Positions 10,901 to 22,144 of a stretch of DNA of 64,000 nucleotides are shown piece after piece. The stretch is taken from NCBI GenBank assembly GCA_030141605.1, contig JAQGDQ010000260.1, forward strand, positions 257,283 through 321,282, given 5' to 3'. Within the stretch, counting starts at the first letter, position 1. Each line of letters starts with the position of its first letter. Position numbers and translations under genes: made by a program. Under the pieces are notes generated by a model. It saw only the letters and a program-made list of their open reading frames with translations. It ran no database searches and had not been told where the DNA came from. The stretch is from Tubiluchus corallicola (Eukaryota; Animalia; Priapulida).

Positions 10901-13719
10901 GGCATATAAACGTGAGGATTTACAGACGGTTAGTTACAATGTAGAAAGAATGTTGCTTTACATCGTTCAGTACAACACCCTGTATTATCTTCCGGATTGT
11001 AATGTTACGGTTAGTGCGCGTGCGACGCTCCTGGCGGTTGTCATTTGAAACGTTAATCGTGGGATCATCCTCGGATTACGGCAGACTTAATAACCAAGCG
11101 CTTTGTAAACGCAGTTGTTGGTTTTTTTATAAAATGACCTTTGCCCCTTAATTTTGGGCTTGAAATATGCGAGATCAGCCATTCTGAGGTCACGCTGTAT
11201 AGGAATTTCACATTCCTGTATATGTACGAATAGGTGCCGTGTTTTACCTAATCAGTAATTACATCACGTTTTTATTGAATATTTTCTGCTTTATGTCTTT
11301 TGTATAAATTATGAGAACCAAAAAGTAGTCCAGATAGTTGGATAGATGTGTGGTAATTGTTTGCGCAAGTCGGTTGGAAAACTATTTTCTTGTCAGTTAT
11401 GAAGTTGGATGCACTTCACAAACTATATTGGAAAACAAAATTCAAACAGTTCATCTTTAGAACTAAATGCCATAGAAATGAATATCGCGCAAACCAGGGA
11501 AATGAAAGTACAATGTTGAAAAATGAAACATTATAATCTGGTCATTTAAGTATGAACTAAATTTACTATAAGACTGTGAAATGAATGAGCCTACGTTAAA
11601 AGTCAAAGAACAAATTACAGTATACTGTCAAATTATGTAATTTTTAAGTTTGCACTTTTTTAGATTTCAATATCCGCTCAATTTAAAGCTCCGGTCACAA
11701 GATCAAGGTTGAAAATGGGAATGATCACCTTTGGCAATCATTCTTAATCTCTAATAACAATTGTTGCTTTTTCGATTATGCCTTTTTAACATTTGTGATT
11801 AACTTGGCTCATCTGGTTCAATAATAGGTTGAAAATCACGCATAAATACTACTCATATAGCTTTAGTTGTTCTCACTAACAGTAAACCACTGTTTTTGAC
11901 CCCAAACTATTGTTATTGCATATTGTGTAGAATGCACCCTGCTTTATTGTGTTTTGTACAGCTTGCTTCCTATAATAATGGATTATTAGTTTGCCGCTGA
12001 AAGGCAAACTAATTAGGTATAGTTATAGTGGGGCATTTTGCAAATACCATAATTATTTGATCGGAATTATCTGATATCAAATTGGATACTAAATGCATGT
12101 TTTTTGGACGAAATAAATTCTTCAAAAGTTCTTTGGATGTGAAGAAAATTTAATATTTTCCACTAGTATCTTAACGGACGTATAGGTATATCTTATAAGT
12201 ATCATGACGGATTTCAAACTCTTTATATATTGATCGTTCTTATGTAGCCGTATGCTAATTGTACACGTCAAACTATAGTTTGGTGACCTCAGACAAAATG
12301 TCCTATATCAAAGTTTAAAGTTTAAGTTTTGTATAACCCACTATGCGTGTAGTTAATAATAATTATATCTACAGTTAAATTTGCCTAGTTGGAGTCATGA
12401 ATCTACAGACTACAGATGACCAAAGGCAAAGAGCAATGACCATAATACATGCGCATGCGCACTGCTGAACAATTGCGCCACTTCGGTAAATCATAACTCA
12501 TGACATCCACTAAGCAAACACTTAAATGTAAACAAACTGTGAAATTATGTTCTTATGAAGAACTGTTTTGTATAGCATTTAATTGTCTTTGTCTTGCATT
12601 AATATTTTTATTGTATCTAAAAGATTCTTGAGTTAAACCTTGCTGCTTTATTGAAAGTTCTGTTTCTAAACAAATAAGCTTATGCAAAAAAAACTATTTT
12701 TAATAGGTTTAAATGAGTATTTTTAATAATTGCAAGTCATCGTTATCAAACTGTTTATTCTTCATAATAATAAAACCTAGAGAAATTTAGTGTTTTAAAA
12801 GTGAAAGTCTTGTTGGCGATGATGACAGATGAGATGGGCCTGCTTATCACTTGCATTGAAAGTGTCGTTTTTACTTGACTCTTGCGCCCTTTGCATTTTA
12901 CCTTTCTATAGCTTTTATGTTCGTATTTCTACTTTATTAATATCAGGTTGTTATCACTGTTATTAATGCTGTAAAACGATCATGTTTAATATGTTTAGTA
13001 GGTAGCTTACCTCCCGCTTCGCTTCTAGGTCGTCCTCCAATGTTGGATTTGATAAAACCACCATAATCTGGTGGAATAGGTGGTGGTCCAGAATAATCTC
13101 CAAATTGCATATTGTAATCCGGGTAGTCACCATAATCACCGTAGTCAATGCCAAAATAATCTTGGTCCTTGTCCCGGCCACGTCCGTTAACGTTGGACTT
13201 CACAAAACTGCCGCCGCCATAATCGTAATCTGGAGGACCACGTCCACGACCGCCTTGTCGTTTCTTTCCCCTCTGTTGCTTACCCCGGCGTTTACCCTCC
13301 TTGCTTTTTGGCCTAGGTCTGTTTCTCCCACGACCTTCTGTGGGGCTGCGAGGGCCCTCCTGGAAGCTGGGGTAGTCATAGTCCATGTTCGGTGGAATGA
13401 ATATGTCGCCTGGGATACCATCACCCAGGCCTGGAGGTTCGTTCATGTAAGACCCCTGTGGCACGTCCTGATCATCATAAGGCATTTTTTCACCTCCACG
13501 ACCAGGCCCTCGGTGAATTGGACCTTCGTTTTGCACACCACCCGGTAGTCTCGGAGGACTTTGGTCGAAATTTGTTGTTGGTGGTTGTTGTGGTTCACTT
13601 TGAGAAGGAGTTTGGGTATCTTTGGGCCTAGGCCCTTTGACATTTCCTAACACAGGCGGCAAGTCTTGGCCGTACACTACAGAACAACAGAACAATAAAA
13701 TCCCAATTTTGATTTCCAT
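412..13719 (-). CDS. L1CAM-like: L1/neuroglian-family Ig cell-adhesion molecule, 5' part; join(13719-13011, 4301-4190, 3685-3525, 3143-2982, 1880-1707, 1168-1060, 593-412), continuing beyond the left edge
   Basis: Seven exons with GT-AG boundaries and intron phases 1,2,1,1,1,2,1 keep one open frame. They encode a signal peptide and three Ig domains with canonical Cys/Trp and D-x-G-x-Y-x-C motifs resembling L1/neuroglian Ig1-Ig3 (TPPLF...LECAAVGNPNPTYSW; GVYQCISNNTYGVAVSHRIFL; GQLHFTDVRRED; CVFGGKPAPEVNW; DQGIYECRGSNGAGS). Confidence 0.85.
660..780. repeat. Degenerate (ACACA/ACACG)n pentamer repeat
   Basis: Seen directly. Confidence 0.8.
1060..1168 (-). CDS. Ig3 first-half exon (SKPIVELPPEPLFLPDPEMMFLFGEAIHLMCVFGG)
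   Basis: Acceptor ttttcttcag, donor AA|gtaagt; 109 nt, phase 1 to 2; LxCxFGG motif. Confidence 0.9.
1351..1483. repeat. (GAT/GAC)n microsatellite
   Basis: Seen directly. Confidence 0.95.
1707..1880 (-). CDS. Ig2 second-half exon (WQAVQLDEHIVHDVSGQLHFTDVRREDTDRFYGC...KLDS)
   Basis: Acceptor attttcag, donor A|gtaagt; 174 nt, phase 1 to 1; GxLxFxxVxxxD motif typical of L1 Ig2. Confidence 0.92.
1965..2065 (+). mobile_element. tRNA-like repeat fragment related to the 41.7-kb element
   Basis: AAAGGAAATGTAAAACGTTGAACT matches the reverse complement of ~41795-41822; followed by AGAGGTTCTTGGTTCAAGACT (B-box-like). Confidence 0.45.
2330..2960. repeat. 43-bp minisatellite (~14-15 copies), intronic
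   Basis: Unit TGCATTTACTGCAACAATACCTAAATGCATTTACTGTCTCTGC; period 43 (e.g. 2462 to 2505). Confidence 0.92.
2982..3143 (-). CDS. Ig2 first-half exon (LQQYPQQG...VEGQPLTLRCPSLNESYPLPQIVW...VPE)
   Basis: Acceptor ttttctttag, donor G|gttcgt; 162 nt, phase 1 to 1; L1-type Ig2 motif EGxxLxLxC...PxPxIxW. Confidence 0.88.
3235..3510. repeat. Purine-rich (GA)-type low-complexity tract, intronic
   Basis: Seen directly. Confidence 0.85.
3525..3685 (-). CDS. Ig1 second-half exon (YSWIKDD...EGVYQCISNNTYGVAVSHRIFLTMA)
   Basis: Acceptor ttcttcttcag, donor A|gtaagg; 161 nt, phase 2 to 1; Ig Trp and YxC motifs. Confidence 0.92.
4190..4301 (-). CDS. Ig1 first-half exon (DGVGTPPLFTAVPHPEIVFTPGATVTLECAAVGNPNP)
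   Basis: Acceptor ttttctag, donor AC|gtaagt; 112 nt, phase 1 to 2. This frame is not in the ORF track. Confidence 0.9.
4819..4951. repeat. Compound trinucleotide repeat ending in (TTA)n
   Basis: Seen directly. Confidence 0.9.
5188..5552. mobile_element. Foldback-type element with arrayed AAAGTCACAGG terminal repeats and internal telomere-like TAACCC tracts
   Basis: Left arrays of AAAGTCACAGG, right arrays of TGTGACTTTT; ends CCAGGAAATAAAGTCACAGG / CCTGTGACTTTTATTACCAGG; AACCCTAACCCTAA inside. Confidence 0.7.
6955..7342. mobile_element. Non-autonomous hAT (Ac-like) MITE
   Basis: TIRs TAGGGGTGAGCATT / AATGTTCACTCCTA (12/14 match); perfect 8-bp TSD GTAGACAG (6947-6954, 7343-7350); subterminal TTCGAA/TTCGAT clusters at both ends. 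Confidence 0.92.
7612..7905. mobile_element. Non-autonomous hAT MITE (CATAGGCGTAC-type ends)
   Basis: TIRs CACAGGCGTACGAGCC / GGCCCGTACACCTATG; GGGGGCTGCAGCCCC subterminal palindrome; 8-bp TSD AAGCAAGT/AAGCAAGG (7/8). Confidence 0.85.
9752..10172. mobile_element. Non-autonomous hAT (Tip100-like) MITE
   Basis: TIRs CAGGGCCGGATT / AATCCAGCCCTG; internal GGGCCC-type repeats; TSD only partly preserved (TAGGTGAA / TAGGAGTG). Confidence 0.75.
13011..13719 (-). CDS. Exon 1: signal peptide plus long low-complexity Pro/Gly/Asp/Tyr/Arg-rich N-terminal extension
   Basis: ATG in AAAATGG context; MEIKIGILLFCCSVVYG is a typical signal peptide; GC-richer, coding-like composition; donor GAG|GTAAGC after 13011; 709 nt = phase 1, matching the exon at 4301. 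Confidence 0.85.
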
Positions 13720-14060
13720 TTTGAACCGGACGGCTCACAAGACGAGAATCTTGATGACCTGAAGCAAGTAGAAATAAATCAACAATGAACATTTTTTCGG
13801 CAATTTGCGTAGAAGCTTTCTTACCAACGTTAGACAATAACAGCTAACAGCAAGCGTTAAATAATTCAAGATTAACCGTCTAACCGCCTGAAATACTTCA
13901 TCCACAATACTGTTTATATATGATAAAAGTCACATTGCATTGTAAATGACGCAAGATATCTACAACAGCACTTCTCTAACTGAGTATCACCTTAAAAAAT
14001 TTGATATGGCTTCAGCAGATATTGGGAGCCATTGGGTGCTTATTAAAGCAAAAACGTAAG

Positions 14061-14186
14061 CAATCTTAAACTGTAGGTCAAAATAATCTGCTCTTTAAAA
14101 TATTGAAAGGAAACGTAGTTAGACGGGCACTATCGTCTGCATTTGGGAAACGGATTGCACAAAAAAATCATCCTATCTTCCTTTAA
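14061..14186. mobile_element. Short, multiply deleted copy of the 17-18 kb palindromic element
   Basis: Three collinear blocks match ~17668-17720, ~17830-17880 and ~18255-18278; ends CTTCCTTTAA. Confidence 0.75.
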
Positions 14187-14339
14187 GTTATGGACTGATA
14201 AAAGTATATTAATACGTTAGTGTGCCGCAGTACTAATGCATGTATACATACATATTTAAAAGGTGCGACATAATTTACATAGTAAAAGATAAGAATTTGA
14301 TTACCTTACAGCCCATAAATATCCACTTACTGTTTAAAA

Positions 14340-14575
14340 ATCCTGCTTGGAATGGGCGAATTTTCAGAAAATGGGAAGATTATTATTAAGGGTATTAAAT
14401 GAGTTGCAATAAGACTGGTTGTTGTTGTTGTTGTTGTGTTTTCTTTGGTTGCAAAGTGAAAAGGGGGTAGTCCGGAGTCTTGTTGATTTTCTTAAGAGCA
14501 AATAAGTTCAGGTAATACCCATCTTAATAACAGTTTTCTCATTTTTAATGAGTTTCAGTCGTTTCAGACCTGGTG
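14340..14575. mobile_element. Degenerate MITE-like inverted repeat
   Basis: GAAAATGGGAAGATTATTATTAAGGGTATTA pairs with TAATACCCATCTTAATAACAGTTTTCTCATTTT; AATAAGACT pairs with AGTCTTGTT around a (GTT)n loop. Confidence 0.55.
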
Positions 14576-15601
14576 AACGAATTGGCATCTTAAAACGTTA
14601 TGCTTAGTAAAATCTCATTAAGGCTGACACAACAAAGCCAACAAATAGCAAGATGCGGAAGAGTTAACCACGAAAATTGATGAAAAGGTGTGGCGTTAAT
14701 AATTGCTCGTAATAAATGTGATATTTTTTTCACAAATCAGGCCCATTAAAGTTGAATAGCTTGTAAAGTGAACTAAAACCTATGAACCCCAGCTTGTTGG
14801 TCACCGCCTGTTAATAAGAACCTATCCGTCCAGGAATCTCAGGTGAATGATTCTCAGGTGAGCATTTACCTGTTCAAAGCGTGTCAAAAACCTGTAAACA
14901 TTTTCTATTAGTAAGGCGTACTTCAGTTTTCAAATGCGTATTATAATGTTCTGTACATTATTTGTAAATTTATTCAATGTGGATACTTAAAATTTCAGAC
15001 ACAGAACAATTGTATAAAACAGATTCATATTAGTAAAACAAATATCTGGTACCGTCCTCAGTCTTAAGCGTTCAAAATATCTAGTTAGAAAAGCCAGAAA
15101 GGAATGACATGCGTGATTAAATTGTCACAACCGTTATAAAATTACTTTCTGGTTTTCCAACTAAACATTTTGAACACGTGCAATTGATGGAGACACCAGG
15201 CAGATCTTGAAATGTTTTGTGATTTTGCTTTTAATAAAACGAGCATGCGTTATACAATACTTCTGTGTGCGAAATTTTTATTAATAATGAGATTTCCCAA
15301 AGATAAATTTGTTGTTATTCAGTAATGACTTTTACAGAATAGTTAAATGCCTAGCGATTATTACTGAATTTTCATTTACTGCGTTTTAATTTATTACTCA
15401 TAAACACCGAACTGTAAGCAGACAAGGAAGTTATTTTCTGCGCGCTCAAAAGACAGGAACTCGCGCAGTTACCAACAATGAAATAAATGGAAGTTTATGA
15501 TTGATTTTCATCTGCTTAATCTGTTACAGGCTAGCCTTTAAATATCAAAAGTTAAGAATCGTGATTAGGCACATGCTCTAGGTATATATAAGCATATATA
15601 C

Positions 15602-15632
<31 letters not shown>

Positions 15633-15662
15633 AATATGTATATATTCGCTTACACACACATA

Positions 15663-15699
<37 letters not shown>
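15602..15699. repeat. (GT)n and (AT)n microsatellites
   Basis: Seen directly. Confidence 0.9.
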
Positions 15700-15702
<3 letters not shown>

Positions 15703-15972
15703 TTAAGGTGAACACGTATAGGGATGTCTTCGCCGCGCTTCGATGTATGTACACCGCCCTCCGCCAAAAACGAAAAAAGCTAAGGACAGCATGACAGATG
15801 AAACTGCAAAAAACAGTATTCGTTCTGGTCAAACATCCTTTTTACTAACATGTACGGTGTTGCTCAACTGCGCAGGCAACCACACGGTTTGGCTATTTTT
15901 AGAAACGTGTTTTCATTTTTAGCTGCGACAAAACAATAGTTGCTAGATGCCTAAAATTTGCGTGTTTGAACC

Positions 15973-16228
15973 TTATTACGTCTGTTAAAGAAATTATGTT
16001 TTTGTTGCCGCTTGTTTGTTTGCCTGTTAGCGAGATTACGCAAAAACTACTTAACCGATTTTCACTAAACTTTAAGGAGGGACGAAGCGTGGCTCAAGAA
16101 CGTTTACTTTAAATTTTAGTCCGGATCTTAATTTATTTTCTCTTTTTTTAGTCAAAAGAGTCAGGCGGACATATTTAGGATTGTTCGGCCTTGGCGAAGG
16201 CTGTATTCTACTGAGTGCCATTTTAGTT
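15973..16228 (+). mobile_element. Helentron-associated / DINE-1-like non-autonomous element (HINE)
   Basis: Recalled architecture: TTATTAC...TTATGTTTT, (GTTT)n tract, GTTAGC-GATTAC-CAAAAACTACT-ACCGATTTTCAC core, 3' CGGCCTTGGCG-AGG...TCTACTGAGTGCCA-TTTAGTT end. Confidence 0.75.
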
Positions 16229-16598
16229 CTGATAATGAATTAATTTTATTATTTAGAATATTATGATTAAAAACAGAAAACTCGAAATAATACCCAGGCC
16301 TACATGTAAATCAATTAAACATTTCGCAATAATATTTGCATAGTAATTAGCTTGTAAGTTAATGTGCATTTACATTAAAACCGGATCTATGAATCATAAT
16401 GAAGTATATTTGCATTGGAACAACTTGGGAAGCTGTTATTATATCTGATGACGTCACAGGTTTTGATTTTACTGATCTATTTCGAAACGCGGGCACAATG
16501 AAAGAAAAAGTGATTTTCATCTGCCGCGATTGTTTTTATGATGTTCTCGGAATGTGCGACGTAAAACCATCAAACCTAAGTAGTATACACGTTTATGG

Positions 16599-16600
<2 letters not shown>

Positions 16601-16636
<36 letters not shown>

Positions 16637-16652
16637 CGCGTGTGCGCGCACG

Positions 16653-16716
<64 letters not shown>
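16601..16716. repeat. (GT)n-(GC)-(CA)n self-complementary microsatellite
   Basis: (GT)n and (CA)n flank a GCGCGTGTGCGCGC core. Confidence 0.92.
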
Positions 16717-16718
<2 letters not shown>

Positions 16719-17030
16719 TGACCATAAACGTCTTTGCAAACATTCTCGAAACAATGGAAAACATAAAAAAGAAAATCGTTGAAAATTCAGGAAAACCTTG
16801 CTTATTACAGGCTGAACTTTATTCTGCCAGTAATTGAAAGTAATGTAATTAATCTGGTGCAGCAATTATTAATTTGTCATTAATAATGTCATTAAAAACC
16901 GGTTAACAAAAATGCTGCTTTGGCGCCTGTTACCCTTCAAACACACTTACAGAATGAAAATGATACGGTTTCGCTTTGTGCCATTTTAGTTCACTATATT
17001 GGGCAGATTTATTTATGTAGATATTTTTGC

Positions 17031-18278
17031 AAAAGGAGTTGAAAGCAGGATGATTTTTTTTATATGTCATACTCCATTTTGAAGTACAATAAAAAGCATA
17101 CGCTTTAACATGTATAATACTACCAAAGCGTTTCTGTTAATTAAATAATAGAATAAAACCTTAATTAACGGCGGGCGAGCAAACTAGTGATGACATCACA
17201 AAATGGACATAATATTCAAAAACACAAATGTTTTATGATCGTGTTGCGCGTGTTTGCAAAAGCAAAAAATGAAGTGTAGTGCTATTGTACAACATTCAGT
17301 GTGATATACAAAAAAAACTCGGCAAATTTTATGTCTAACACTTGCTCTCACACATGAGCTCTAGAATGTGTGCACTACGTCACAACCGAACTCATCTGAA
17401 CTACGAGGTACAGCACATGTTTTTTGTGTGACGCGTTTTCGAGATGTAGGCGCTACTATTGCCCATCTAGCTAGAAGCGGCAAAATACATGTGACAGCGA
17501 AGAACTAGCTGCGCGAACACGAAATAACGTTTCTGTGACAATAATTCTTTCACGTAAATCGTTTTTGCATTGTAGTACCTCCTCTTTCAACATTTTATGG
17601 GGTATATAAATTTTTGAGCTATAGTTTAAGGTTGGGTCCAACTTACTTTTAAAGGAAAACCTGGCCCAATCTTAAAGTGTAGGTCAAGACTATCTACTCT
17701 TTAAAATATTGAAAGGAAACATACCGTTTTTTTTTCAAAAATGACTTACGTGAAAGAATTGTTACCACACAAACGCAATTTCACGTTTGCGCCACTAGTT
17801 CTAAGCTGTTATATGCACTTCGCCATTCGATAGTTAGACGTGCACTAGCGTCTCCATTTCCGAAACGCATTGAGCAAAAAACAGATGCCGTACCTCTCAG
17901 TTCAGATGTGTTAGTTTGTAATGTACTACACACGTTCGATAGCTCGTCCTTGAGCACAGCGTTAAATTTGAAATTTGAATTTTTATCTTAAAACTTGCCG
18001 AGTTTTAGTAGAGCACACTGAATCTCTTGCAGTAGCACTGTACTTCAATTGTCGGTTTCGCAAACAGATGCAACACGCTCATGGAATGTTTTTGATATTG
18101 AAAATTATGTTCGTTTGCGATCTCATCAATACTTGGGCTCGCCTGTCGTTAACTAAGATTTTACTCTATTATTTAATTATCAGAAACTTTTTTGCACTAT
18201 TATTGGTGTTAAAATGTATGCTTTTTATCGTACTTAAAAATGGCGTGGTATATGAAAGATTATTCTCTCTTCCTTTGA
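17031..18278. mobile_element. Large palindromic (foldback) non-autonomous DNA element, arms ~540 bp
   Basis: 17031-17567 is the diverged reverse complement of ~17737-18278 (e.g. AATTCTTTCACGTAAATC vs GACTTACGTGAAAGAATT; AAAAAGCATAC vs GTATGCTTTTT; AAACTCGGCAA vs TTGCCGAGTTT). Confidence 0.85.
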
Positions 18279-21200
18279 AAGACGAGAGATAAGTTACACT
18301 GTGATCCTAGTCACTGATTCAATAATTGTGAAGCTTTCCGCGTGGCTATTATAATGTCCAGTCACAGACAGTCTGCGCAAATTACACACATACCGTACAG
18401 CCCACACACAGTCACACAGACCTAATTTCGAATGCTGAATCATGCAGCCATGCTACTGTGCCAATTACTTAACCCATCTAAACAGGAACTACGTACATTT
18501 GCACGTTTTAATGTTACGTGTACACTATTTTACAGAAGTCTTCTCCAAACGACTGACATAGAATATTACTTTATATTTTCAGGGATTTATCCAGCTGTGA
18601 CTACTATTTAACAATTCTACCCGTTCAACCTGATACCTTAAGAAGGACTCTGTCTTTTATGTCACGTACCTGAAGGAGTTTAGCCGTTTTTACTAATTCA
18701 GTGTACAACCTTGAGCCAAGTACTAAAACTGATAACAGTAAATGCTGCTATGCATGTTCATGAAAACCATGAGAGAATTCAGCCTGATTTTGCGCATTAT
18801 ATCTATGACTATGATTATGTTTCTGTGCATATCTATGGTAATTGTATAACCTATTTACATTTACTTGCTGACCTCGAATGTTACCAGTAATCACAAACAG
18901 TTGAGACAGAACTTTTGCCTGTTCTACCCACTTCGACACTTCCTGCCAAGGACAGTCAGCTCAAATTAGTGGAATTTTGTGCTATCAATAAGCTGTGGCC
19001 ATTTTTAACCAAATTACAGCGACAAAGGTTAAATGTACTGCGCATGGCTTAACAGGATGCGAATAAGCATTATCTATCCAAGTAATTTGTAAATTTGGTC
19101 GTTATGGTGTTATGTTGCGACCATCTAATTGAACATTGTGCGACAATGCTAGTATGGAACAGTACTGTAACGTGCTGTAACTTTCTGGAACTAGTGCTTA
19201 CTTAACCTCACGATAAACTGAAGAAGAAATTGCAAGGCTGCCAACTAATGAGACGTAGCATAAAAATGCCAAAATGTCGAGCTCTCCAAGAGTAGCTAAG
19301 ATTAAACTAACAAACTTAGAACTTATGCATATATATGGATCGTAACTCAAACTCATAATAAAAAACTTTTCTTTTACATACAAGCTCATAATAAGAAAAC
19401 TTTTGTTCGTACATTAAACTCACTAGGCTTACATTATAGCTAGTAATAACAGCGAACATAATTAATAGATTAATTAAGGAAATGCTTAGAAAATGTTGGT
19501 AGAAACTAAGTGAATTTTATCAACAGATTTGTTACTAGACTAAAAAATCTCAATCTGATTGAAAATGTTAAAATAAAAACACGGACATGATAGTCAACCA
19601 TTTTAAGCTAGTTCTTGTTTTTCTGAATAAACTTCAATTATATTGTTTTCTATTCTTTTTTTGTCACAATTCTTAACTGCGATGTCACTCTTTTTTGTTT
19701 TGATGTCAGCAAAAAATATAATTTTGTTTACATTTTTGTTTATATAACACATCAGTTGTTTTATTAATGATGAATAATTCTTTTCCTGTCATTTCTCCTG
19801 GAGACAACGCTTACAGTTTTCAGTCCTTTAATTAAAGCAAATACGTGGGTAATTTGGGCATACAATCAACAAAGTCTTTAACCTTTTCTAAAATTATTTG
19901 TCACTTGAGAATTGACACCTAATTGTGTCTTTTTGGAGAAGTGTCAGTTAAGCAAATAAATTATTCCTACATTATTCTTACATTTATTATAAAACTATTT
20001 GTAACTTGAGAATTGACAAGTGTCCAAATTGTGTTGCCACAACAATTCGAAACTCAGTTAAGGATTTGTTATGAATTCAAAAGAGTTAATTGCTTATGTA
20101 AAGTTAATCTTTTATGCAGCTTGAAATATTTGAAATTCGTGAGCGCGGGGTGCATTGATCAAACATCTAGATAAAAAAACGAATCACGAGTGTAATCGGA
20201 TCGCGTGATGATTTTATAAATGGTGGTAAAACTTTCAAACTTTAACACGCTTCAAACTATTGTGTGGTTATAATAGCCTCTAGTCGTAAAAATAATTACA
20301 CAAACGCCTGAGGCTAGTACGATTTCCTACACTTAAACGTTGTAGACATAGATAATGGTCTCAAATAGACAAGAGCATGCTCTGCGCAAGAGGTCACTGG
20401 ACTCGGTGCACCACTTCCTGAAAACCCGCGTTGCATATCGTAAAATGTAACGCTTCGCATGATTGGTCGACAGTATAACCATTCTTTCGTTACTTCAATG
20501 AGACCTCAGGATTGCCTGATGCCCACGCAGATAGTATTGTGTTAGTTTAACTTAGTTTGGGGATTGTTTCTTTTCTAATCCGGCTATAATCTGGAAACAG
20601 TATACATGCGCCTAAAAGGTAAAAGGCCCAGAGAGTATTTGCGTTTTAGTCCATGTACACCAAATCTAGTAAAAAGATACAAAAGACAAAAAATGGAAAA
20701 AAAGTACATTGAGGCGTTTATGTTATCTGCCGCCCCAAAATCACAAAAGGACCAACCGACAGTGGCCCTTTTAAGCTAAGTGATTACATTGGCGTGAAAA
20801 CATGATGGTGTAAAAAGATAAAATATTCTCAACTATTTTGCTAGTGACAGGACAGATAACCCGCAGAATTTATCTTGCACAGATTTGTTGCAGTTAGAGA
20901 AAACCTAGGTTCACGTTTTAAAAGTTCAACAGAAAGTTGTTCTTAGATGAATGGCAAATCATTAAAATTTTACAAAGCACCTATTATTAAGAAGAAGCAT
21001 TAACAACTCCAGTTATCACGTACAATGTACAATTACTGTTAAATACACTTTGCAATTAATTAATGAATTAATTATTGTAATGGGACACTGCCTTTTTTGT
21101 AATGTAGTGTAATTCGTATATTGATTATACTCTGTTACCTCAAGATTTATGATACACGTAATTGTCAACTAAATAGTATTAGTCAGGAAATGCCATTTAA

Positions 21201-22144
21201 TTCAATTTTCATATACACAAATCTATTCCCTCCTGCATCGAATAGAACTCAGGAGTTAATCACACCATTTTTATAGTCTCATCTAGGTCCACCAAATCTT
21301 TGTTTTTAGGAATTGTAAACAAATAAATAAAATAGGCCACCCTCATTAAATCAACACAAATCTTTTTATCTCAAAGCTATACGGAATTTTTGAGGATGTC
21401 GCATTTTCAGGAGTGCCCCAGTCATACATATATTAACATATATTAACACGCAAAATCGACACTCTTTTAGAAGCTTCAACAGCGTAAATGAAATAAATTA
21501 AATTAAGAACTCATTTCAAATAAAGAATTCAAATTCTTCAGGTATAGTACATGCACTAGGATCAGTATTACGATATTCTTGGGAATCATATTTTAGTGTT
21601 AGTTAAACGCAGACGTCATGTTAATTACATTCAGCACTTACAGAAAATGCATTATAAAGTAAGCATAACACACAGAAACGTTTCAAATTTTGCAATTTGT
21701 CAGCAAAACATAAAATCATCCATGTATGCAGTTTACATATCTATACATCTATAATAACAACGTTTATTGGAAAAAACTCGCAGATATAAAGGTGTGTTGT
21801 CACCTGATTTTCATTTTTTAAAATGTAAACTTCGATTGATAAAAGGCAACAAAAACAGTGGCAATTGTTTTCTAATAGTTTTAAAGTTTAAATGATATTT
21901 TAACTTATTACCTTCGTTTGTTGTATCCGATGGTAGGCTAATCACGCTACCTGAGCCGTCAAAACATTCACTTGTACTAAAGGTAGCGGAACCACACTGT
22001 TATGCTGTCTGCTCTCGTCCGAGTTTACCGTGTTAATTAGAGTGAGTGTGCCACCAAGCGTACAGGTAAGGAACTACGACTTGTTATGGACTATCTTTAT
22101 TAAGTGGTAAAGACGTGTGCAACCAAATAAACGCACGAAAGCAG

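Noticed and set aside
12963-13837. Overlapping alternative-frame and antisense ORFs around exon 1
   Set aside because: Shadows of the GC-richer real exon, without independent coding features.
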